DNA from: Octopus vulgaris
Lineage: Eukaryota
DNA: 62,000 bases
Assembly: GCA_951406725.2 (NCBI GenBank)
Contig: OX597825.1
Location: forward strand, 15,086,001 to 15,148,000
Direction: 5' to 3'
Part shown: positions 52,401 through 62,000 of the stretch, one piece after another
Layout: each line of letters starts with the position of its first letter
Position numbering within the stretch: position 1 is the stretch's first letter
Translations under genes and position numbers: made by a program
The notes under the pieces: generated by a model
The model's database searches: none
Told to the model about the DNA's origin: nothing
What the model saw: the letters and a program-made list of their open reading frames with translations, nothing else

Positions 52401-53650
52401 ATGGTGACACTGATATGAAGATGGAGTTTGAACTTTCAAATTTGGTGATGAGAAGAGGAAAGCTTGTTAGGACAGAAGACGTACATATGTATTCCAAGTG
52501 GTAAAATGATGAATGCAGTTGAACCTGAATCTAGAATACTTGAGGCAGACAGGATTAAGCACAATGATATTAAAGAAAAAGAGAAAGAAAGAATGCCTGC
52601 GGTGAGTGAGAAAAATATTGTCTTCAAATCTGAATGCTAGAAACATAATTTCGGCACTAAATTTGAGTTTTGTCGCAAAAGTTCTGTACGGCGCTGAGAT
52701 TCTGAAGGGGGCACAGGATGAGCTAAAGAGTTGGACAGAATGACATGAAAGTTCCCCACGTTGCAATGAGCCCGGCGTTCACGTACAAACTCTGATCGAC
52801 TATATAATGAAGAGATCAAATAGCGGATGGGGACTGTGGTACACTGAGTACGTAGTCTTACTATGATACCTATCCCAAAATTAAAAATACCTTACTAGAG
52901 TCATTTAGCATTGAAAGCAAGAAGTACGAAAAGAACACGAAGAATCATTACGCAGTAACGTACTATACACAGTTTATGTAACCACAAGTGAAGGAAAACA
53001 TAGGTGGAATTGGCTGAAGAAAGGAAAGCTGAAGAAAGAAACTGACGGCACCATAATAGCAGCGCAAAACCAAGCTTTGGCCACAAGTTGTTAGAGGGTC
53101 AGGTTAGGGATGAGCAAGTTTCTCCATTGTGCTGCATGTGTAATAGATAGGACGAAGCCATTGCTCTTATTCAAACGAATGCTGCAGATTTGCTCAAAAT
53201 CATTACAGGTTTTGGCGACACATTGAGGGTGCGAAAGTGCTACGTTGGAAATTGTGTGTAAAAGTGGGATCTAGGGAAGGTAAGACGTAGTATGAGCACA
53301 TACGACAGAGTATAACGGGGTCAGAGGCTGCAAAATACTGTAGGATTTCTGAATCAAAACAGATCAGGTGCTAGAGAATAACAAATCAGACCTAGAAGTT
53401 GTGGACAACATGCGCAACAAGTGCAATATAGTTGATGTTGCGTACCTATTTGCCCCACGGACTGTCAAAAAGGAAGGTGAAATACAGATATATACTATCC
53501 TCGTAAGTGCGAAATAATCCAGCAATGGAAAATGAAATCAGTTGAGATAATAATAAATATTGTTATGTCTTTGAGGACAGCATCAGAAGGAATCAAGATG
53601 AATATAAAGCAAATTAGAATAGAGTGCCCAGTAGAATTGTTACTGACACA
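52400..53650 (+). mobile_element. R4/Dong-type non-LTR retrotransposon remnant (end of RT, CCHC region, RLE)
   Basis: Interrupted readings DMKMEF..LVMRRGKLV, ILEADRIKH, SNLNARNIISALN, DRLY, ETDGTIIAAQNQALAT, SPLCCMC, IKTDQVLENNKSDL.VVD...CNIVDVA, ECPVELL. Confidence 0.85.
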
Positions 53651-54959
53651 AGTTATATGAGACATTTCTTTGATACTTTGTGAAGGGTAGGTTCGATTAC
53701 TGTTTTCACATGCTGATCATTATAGGCGGATGGACGTCCTATACCTTCTTGATATACAAGGATCTTATCTTAACCAGCTTATACTAGTTATGGCATAATA
53801 CTCACTCCTATCGCTTTTATTCCCTTCCTATAAGTTAAAACATCATTTGTACGCAATCGAAATAAGCAATTAATTTACATATTCCTCATATATCTACATA
53901 CTGCCTGATGGAAACTTTCTCTTTATTGAAGTAATGTCTGAGAAAATTCTTAACTTTCAGTTATATATAAAACAAAAAGCTTGCCAATAACTGAATAATC
54001 TAAATTCGCTTATATTAGCCAATTTTAACAATTTTGTGATCTATCATATAATACGATACCACGAAACTACCTCTGAGAAAATCAAACTATTTATATTTGA
54101 TATATTCCAACTAAAGACGTATTTTTCTACTGGAGAGCATAATATGCTAAAATTGATAACATCCATCAAAATGTTTAAAGATTAATAGGAAATGAATTTA
54201 GAGAATTTAGACAATTACTTAAAACGTTCTTGTGATGTATCATTAGACTTCTGATCTTCAGTTATTTCTGATTCCATAAATTAATTCAGTATGGTTATAG
54301 CATCTTTAATTATGAAGGAGGATAGTATAATAAATACGGAACATACAGATTTGAATTGGTAACTTTTATATTACAGAAAAATATTTCTTAAGATGTCTTG
54401 TTTCAACAAATAAAAATCCGTTGAAAAAAATAGACATATGCAAGCAAGAGCTAAAGAATTATTTTAAGCATCATACATCTTCATAGATTGAACAACAATC
54501 AGGCATTCGCTATTTTTTCTCTATTCTCTTAGGTTATCTCTCTGGCAATAGTTTTATATTATACGCTGAACTAGGTTACAATCTTTTTTACGTATTCGTA
54601 CGTAAATGCGTGCATATTTATGCAAACATCTGTATGTGTAGTATCATTTATCTAGTTGCGTGCGTCAGTGATATAACTATATGATCAACAGTGTCTAGAA
54701 AGATATTATGTAAAAAGATGTACAACGCAGAAACATGTACAAACAATCTACTCAATGGTAGTTTATGTGTAGTGTTATACAAATGAATTAGATTCTAAAT
54801 GTTTAATTAAGGTTTTGCTTTTGATAGTAATTAGTATGTCAAATAAGCAAACAAGCTTTATAATAAATAGATATCTCAGTGCCCATATGAGCAGCAGTTT
54901 GAAATGCAGATTTTTTTAGTTGTGTAAATATATATACACACATATATATATACACACAA

Positions 54960-55030
<71 letters not shown>

Positions 55031-55109
55031 TACATACATACATACATACATACACACATACATACATATATATATACATGCATGCATACATACATACTTA
55101 CATACATAC

Positions 55110-55164
<55 letters not shown>

Positions 55165-55441
55165 AGAGAACGGCATGTATATGTGTATGGGTGTGTGTAT
55201 AAATTGACATGTATGCATATATGTATGAAAAATAAGTATATGTGTACATACAGATAAATAAGTGTATATATGAATAAAGGGATATGTAATGTACAAATAT
55301 ATCTAGATGTACGCATGTAATATACATATATATAATATATATATATGAATACACACATATATATATATATATAGTATAGGCATAGATATATATGTATATA
55401 TATAGATATTTATGTATGCATATATATAAATTCACACACAC

Positions 55442-55472
<31 letters not shown>

Positions 55473-56079
55473 TATATATATATATACGTTCTTGTATGTG
55501 GGGGTGTGAATCTTATATTGCCTCATGCATTTATTTCAACTCAGTTTTCAAATTAAAATTCGTACAAAACACAAGCATTTGCTGTTATATATAGGATAGT
55601 TAAATGCATACGAACGACTTCATCAATATTTGTTCAAGAGTTCAAAGCCTCATTGCTTTATTAAAGAGGTTTCTCCTACACATACATCAACCTGAATATA
55701 AATAAATGTATTGGTTTGATGGTTATCACTCTAATATACTTTGTACAAGCTGCATTTTTTTTTACATCGCAACACAGTTGTGGTTTTGTTTACATGCAAA
55801 ACTACGACACGCTGTGATTATGTATATTCTGGGCTAATATTTATATTGTTGACACAAATATATTTTATCTTTTACTACGCTCTATGCAGCTTGGGGTTTT
55901 TTGAGAACGCAGTGTTTTTAATAAACTGTTTCGATACGTTCATATAAAATATTAATTCTGTAGCACTTAATGACTACAAGTATTGGTTTTTATATTAGAC
56001 TAATCATGCTATAACGATATTTAGTTACCAATGGTTGATTAGTTCTTGAAGATGCTGATAAAAACCACTTATAACATCA

Positions 56080-56477
56080 CTAGCAGTATCGCCCGGCGTT
56101 GCTCGGGTTTGTAAGGGAAATAACTATAAAGCATTTTTAGAGAGTTATAGCCGCCGAAAAATAGCAAAAAATGCATTAAAAATGGAAAAAATATGATGGT
56201 AAATTTTTGTTTAAATCGTTGACTCATCGTAGACATTTTTAGAGAGTTACGTCCCTTATATTTAAAAATAATATGCATTAAAATGGAAAAAAGTGATGGT
56301 AAATTATTTTTAAAATCGTAGACTCATTGTAGACGCGCGCTAATACCCAGAAGGGCTCGATATGAATCACGACTATAAGATACCCGGTTTTGGTTAAACT
56401 GCACCGCAAAATGTGGGAGTAGTTAGGAATCTAAATCGGAGTAGACAGGCACACAACCTTACTTTTATATATAAAGA
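56080..56477 (-). mobile_element. Non-autonomous Helitron (398 bp)
   Basis: Minus strand: A|TCTTTATATATAAAA ... hairpin CCCGAGCAACGCCGGG ... CTAG|T, i.e. inserted between A and T. Internal ~105-bp tandem duplication. Confidence 0.85.
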
Positions 56478-57111
56478 TATCAACTCCTCTTTTCATCCAG
56501 CTTCCATTGATCATATAACGTAATTGTCTTTGATTTGTAGGTTTGAAGTAGGAGCAGACAAATCTCAGCCTATTTAATTTGACTAGTCATTGTAGAGTGA
56601 AGAAAACCGACAAACAGTTGAAAAGCTGCATTCCGTTTTCCGAACTTTGGTATCAGTGGCAAATGGACTCCTTTTCACTGAATCTAATTAAGTTTATAAA
56701 TTTCTATTCGGAAAACTGTTGCTTTACGAATGCATGTGGCGTTAAATTAAGGCGTTATTGAGGCATTGATGATTCGGGAAATCAGCCGGAAACCATAACA
56801 GCAATTTACAAATATGACTTCGAACGTATTCCTGACAAGGCATTTCACAATATGGCTTTTATAAACAATACATTTTATATTCTTCAGACATACACAAAAT
56901 ACAAGATTATTTTTTTTTATCTTCCCTCAGTTATCATAAATACAATAGTATAAATAATTTCTGTTGAAATACGCCAAGTAGAGAAAAATACGTGTCTTTA
57001 GGTCCATGCGCTATATATGCATACGTGTGTGTGATTATGCGTGTGTGTGTGTGTGTGTCTCTCTCTCTCTCTCTGTGAGTGTGTTTGCGTGTGAGTGTAT
57101 ATATGTATATA

Positions 57112-57150
<39 letters not shown>

Positions 57151-57162
57151 CAAGTGTGTATC

Positions 57163-57206
<44 letters not shown>

Positions 57207-57501
57207 GGAGGCGCAATGGCCCAGTGGTAAGGGCAGCGGACTCGCGGTTGTAGGATCGCGGTTTCGATTCCCAGACCAGGCTTTGTATGTGTTTATTGAA
57301 CGAAAACACCTAAGCTCCACGACGCTCCGGAAGTGGGTGGTGTACTCTTTCACCACAACTTTCTCTAATTCTTTCTTCTGTTGGCCTGCTCGCTTAGCCA
57401 GCGGGGTGGCGTCATTTGAAGGCTAAAACAATGCAAAGCACATTGTGACCAGCGATGTGTAGCAACATCTGATAGCCTGGTCAGTCACGGTGATCACGGT
57501 G

Positions 57502-57503
<2 letters not shown>
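57207..57503 (+). mobile_element. tRNA-derived SINE, family-D head with a different 3' half (probably OR2-type)
   Basis: Head nearly identical to family D up to CTTTCACCACAACTTTCTCT, then an unrelated tail ending TCACGGTGATCACGGTGATA. Confidence 0.85.
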
Positions 57504-57535
<32 letters not shown>

Positions 57536-57540
57536 CGTAG

Positions 57541-57735
57541 ATTTCTCTTAGCAATTTGAAACGTATTCCTTTGAGTAATAACTCAATAAGGAGACAAATT
57601 GATGAAATGGCAGATAATGTGGAACAAATGTCGTACAGCATATCAAAATCACGAAAAGATTTGACTTCGATTTCTAACACGGCCTGCTACCATGTAACAG
57701 CTATTTGCGATAAAGGACCCGCCGTTATGGCAAAT
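57541..57735 (+). pseudogene. hAT (Charlie/Buster-type) transposase scrap
   Basis: LKRIPLSNNSIRRQIDEMADNVEQ matches the IPLSN-x-T-x-RRI-x-x-MA motif. Downstream ICDKGPAVM weakly resembles CTDGAPAM. Confidence 0.7.
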
Positions 57736-58059
57736 AGCTACCAATGCGGGTGCACTTGTAAAAATTTACACAAACACATACTAATACATTAATATAGCAA
57801 AAAATAATAAAAAACATGTCTTTATAAGATATTTATCTTTATTTAGAAACCTACAATGAACAGGTCACCCAGGAAACAATGTAACACTGGATACAGCCTT
57901 ATACAGGGTACAACCTTAAAGTTGACACCGTTCGGTGCAACGAAAGTTTATTATTGGCTAAAAATAGATAGTTTTTTGATTTTGAAATTTTTCGTCAAAT
58001 AACTTCCTCCACATTGTGCCACTCATCTGAAGTACATATGTATTTCAACAATTTTTTAT

Positions 58060-58472
58060 TTCTTTATTGCTCACAAGGGGACTAACATAGAGGGGGCAAA
58101 CAAGGACAGACAAACGGATTAAGTCGATTACATCGACCCCAGTGCGTAATTGGTACTTAATTTATCGACCCCGAAAGGATGAAAGGCAAAGTCGACCTCG
58201 GCGGAATTTGAATTCAGAAAGTAATGGAAGACGAAATACCTATTTCTTCACTACCCACAAGGGGCTAATCACAGAGAGAACAAACATGGACAGACAAACG
58301 GATTAAGTCGATTATATCGATCCCAGTGCGTAACTTGTACTTGTTTAATCGACCTCGAAAGGATGAAAGGCAATGTCAACCTCGGCGGAATTTGAACTCA
58401 GAACGTAACGACAGACGAACTACCGCTAAAGCATTTCACCCGGCGTGCTAACGATTCTGCCAGCTCGCCACC
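58060..58472 (-). mobile_element. Two adjacent family-B SINEs (first lacks its head)
   Basis: ACAGACAAACGGATTAAGTCGATT...GAAAGGATGAAAGGCAA occurs twice. The head reverse complement GCCAGCTCGCC is at ~58459-58469. Confidence 0.85.
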
Positions 58473-59125
58473 TTTCAGCAATTTCTATGAAATACACTCC
58501 TTGAGCATAAACAAAAATCCTCTTCCCGGTTGACAATAACGTATATGTCAGATTGTTGCATAAGTTCTAACCGTTTTGATAAAAGAAACCGGAAAGGTTT
58601 CAAATGATTTCATCAGCATCTGCTTCTCCCAAAAAGCATTCTTTCGATAAAAACACGTTGATCTCATAAGTGTAACGTGGTGGAAATATACGTAATTACC
58701 AAACTTTTATTCATAAGACCATTTAGTATTTCCCTTTTTTTTGTTTTTTTCTTTGTTTTTTTTTTTGCATTTCAGTTAATACATTTGTACCCCAAATTGC
58801 GCACAAGCGCATATGTAAAATGACGTTCATTATTATTATTTTTTTATCATTCTTTCCTGATATCAAAATAAGAAGTATATTGAAAAATTAAATATAAAAA
58901 TTGAGCGGGGAGTTGTGATACTAAGGGTCAAAAATGGGCGTTTGGCCAAAATGGGTGGAGAACCTTTGGACTAGAATAACATGAAATAAAGTGTCTCGCT
59001 GAAGAACAAAACGTGCCACCGGGAAACGAACTCACCACCCTACGATCATTAGCCGAACACCATATCCACTAAGCCAGGAACCTTCTACTGCAATAACGAT
59101 AATATTGATAATGCTGCTGATGGGA

Positions 59126-59511
59126 TGGAAGCACACCGTCGGTTACGACGATGAGGGTTCCGGTTGATCAGAATCAACGGAACAGCATGCTCGTGAAATT
59201 AACGTGTAAGTGGCTGAGCACTCCACAGACACGTGTACCCTTAACGTAGTTCTCGGGGATATTCAGCGTGACACAGAGAGTGACAAGGCCGGACCTTTGA
59301 AATACAGGTACAACAGAAACAGGAAGTAAGAGTGAGAGAAAGGTGTGGTGAAAGAGTACAGCAGGGATGACCACCATCCCTTGCCGGAGCCTCGTGGAGC
59401 TTTTAGGTGTTTTCGCTCAATAAACACTCACAACGCCCGGTCTGGGAATCGAAACCGCGATCGTATGACAGCGAGTCCGCAGCCCTAACCACTGGGCCAT
59501 TGCGCCTCCAC
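59126..59511 (-). mobile_element. SINE family D with TSD
   Basis: Near-identical to the other two copies. TSD TAATGCTGCTGATG at 59109-59122 and 59512-59525. Confidence 0.92.
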
Positions 59512-59794
59512 TAATGCTGCTGATGATAGTGAGGGTATCCAGAGTGTTGAATGGGTTTGATGTATGGATGTTTATTGATCGTAATAAAGGTAAGAGCTGT
59601 TTAAATCATAACAGAGGTTGGTAATGTTGCAGCAGTTGACATCGATTCTATTGGATGAGGATAATGAAGATTTAGAGAGAGGGAGAGTCTTGAGGCGAAG
59701 TTTATGACAAACGATGTCGATAGGTACCGTGGGGAGGACGAGAAGAATGTTAAATAACGAATGGTTGTGAGGATAATCATGACGCCAATAGAGG

Positions 59795-60600
59795 AGTGGT
59801 AGTAGTAGTAGTGGTGGTGGTGGTGGTGGTGGTGGTAGTAGTAGTAGTAGTAGTGGTGGTGGTGGTGGTGGTAGTAGTAAGATGAGGAGAAGGGGAGGAG
59901 GAGAGGGGAGAGGAGGGCGCGGACGAAGACCACAACGAGAAGGAGGAAGACGTGGAGGACGAGGAGGACGTGGTGGGCGAGGAGGACGTCAACGATGAGG
60001 TGGGGCAGGAGGAGAACGTGGACGACGTGGAGGACGACGAGGAGGAGGAGGGCGAGGAGGAAGACGAGGAGGAAGTGGAGGAGGAGGAGAAGGAGCGGGA
60101 GAAGGGGGGAAGAAGACATGGAGGCGTAGGAGGACGACGACGACGAGAACATGGAGGAAGGAGGAGGAGGAGGAGGAGGAGGAGGAGGACAAAGTGGAGG
60201 TGGAGCATGAGGAGAACGTGGACGACGTGGAGGACGACGAGGAGGAGAAGGACGTAGAGGAGGACGAGGACGAGGAGGAAGACGAGGAGGAGAAGGACGA
60301 GGAGGAAGACGAGGAGGACGAGGACAACGAAGTGGACGAGGAGGATCACGCGGGGGAGGTTGAGGAGGAGGACGAGGAGGAGGTTGAGGAGGAGGCTGAA
60401 GTGTTAGAGGAGGACAAGGAGGAAGGGGTACAGTAGTGGCAATGGAGTGGTTTGTGAATAATAGCCTCCGAAGGTAGTAAACTTATGTTAGCAATGATGA
60501 TGATCACCATCATAATGATGATAATGATGATGGCAACGACGAAGACGTCGACGACAATGACGACGGTACAGGTCATGATGATGGCGTACATAATGAGGAT
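59795..60600. repeat. G/A-rich low-complexity trinucleotide tract (TAG/TGG, GAG/GAC, GAT/GAC)
   Basis: GAG/GAC-based repeats with an internal duplicated block GAGGAGAACGTGGACGACGTGGAGGACGACGAGGAGGAG. The acidic frame is broken by frameshifts and a TAG. Confidence 0.85.
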
Positions 60601-60922
60601 AAAGGGGGAAGTGGAGACTGAAGAGGGGTTGAAGAGGATGATACTGGTGATCGAACTGACGCCATGAAGCGTTCATCAAAAATTGTGGAGAAGAGGAATG
60701 CTCTTTTATGGAAATAAATTCAGTGGTTGTGTTATTTATGTAATTTTCCAGAACAGTCCACGAATATCTCCGGTGCATGACCGACATTCTGCCAAGAATA
60801 GAGAAAAGTTCACACATAATATCACCTAAATATTTGCTTTCACAGCAATATTTACGTATATTTACTATGATCATGCATATATGCACCCAGACACATATGT
60901 AAATATATATATATAGATGTAC

Positions 60923-60958
<36 letters not shown>

Positions 60959-60965
60959 GTATGAA

Positions 60966-61115
<150 letters not shown>

Positions 61116-61185
61116 TATACATATATATATATATATACATTTACATATACATATATACATACATATATATACTTATATGGACACC

Positions 61186-61219
<34 letters not shown>

Positions 61220-62000
61220 GGTAAGTACGTGTGCACATACGTAGGTACATAGACATGTATAAAAATACTTTCCCTAATATTTTCTTACATCCTCTGATCA
61301 TAGATGTAAATATGCATATACATATATGATATGACCACACACACGTGTGTAACTACAGATGCACATATTCCATACGTTGATGTTCTGCATATGTGTGTAT
61401 GTGTGTGTGTGAGTCTACGTGTTTTGCTGTGTGTATAACTGTGTGTGTCTGTTTTGTATGTTCGTGTATGTTTGTGTTTGTGTCTGTCTATTTGTGTATT
61501 TGTGTGTGTATGTGTGTCTGCGTGCGTATGTGTATGTGTGTGTGTGTAAATGTATTTTTCCATATGAAATAATGTTCTATAATTTTTGCTTTATTACTCC
61601 AGAAAGATTATGTTGCTCATTCAGTGGTGACAGGTTTTACTTCGGAATTTATATTATTGGTAGATATATCAGAGGTCTTCTTGTAAAAGACTTCAAAGTC
61701 AACTTGTAAAGAACTCATCTAATTGAGGCCATAAATGTTTCGTAAAGGAAGTCGCTGGAATGATTGATAAAAGAATGGCTTAGCTTGTACATTTACAAAC
61801 CAAGCCGAAACAATACTAGATGCAGCCATTGTATGGATATTCTGTCCACTTTTATCACATGACCTTTTAACCTTGTGCCATATTTTGTCTGCTTAACGAA
61901 ATATAAGTGGCAGCAGTGTGAGAATCGAATGTGTGAAGAGAGTTATTTTAGGGAAGTACATGTGAGGGGAAATATTCGAGCTATTGAGACAAATAATGTA

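Noticed and set aside
58581-58620. Minus-strand CTGATGA-AATCATTT-GAAA-CCTTTCCGGTT
   Set aside because: Only a 2-bp A-U stem II and no stem I. A match this weak is plausible by chance in a window this size.

Overview
Eukaryotic, strongly AT-rich and repeat-saturated non-coding DNA (intergenic or a very large intron). The tRNA-headed SINEs look like the octopus OK/OR1/OR2-type families, so the source is most likely an octopod cephalopod; this is recognition from memory, not a database search. I cannot support any host protein-coding gene. Most supplied ORFs are translations of microsatellites or SINEs. Protein remnants I do recognise are all decayed transposons: Tc1, mariner, maT/rosa-like, hAT, R4/Dong-type and RTE LINEs. 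There is also a non-autonomous Helitron and two Helentron/DINE-1-like elements. The main unexplained signal is a set of type I hammerhead ribozymes (HHRs) in non-coding elements sitting next to (TA)n tracts. (1) A tandem array of ~546-bp units at 7624-8839 has one HHR per unit on the minus strand, followed by an inverted copy missing exactly the 56-nt catalytic core. (2) A near-perfect 312-bp palindrome at 22589-22900 carries one complete HHR on each strand. (3) An older inverted repeat at 7011-7355 has a decayed HHR, and there are several truncated HHR halves elsewhere. This fits Penelope-like pseudo-LTRs or retrozymes. Ribozyme activity, transcription and circular RNA formation are inferences that need testing.
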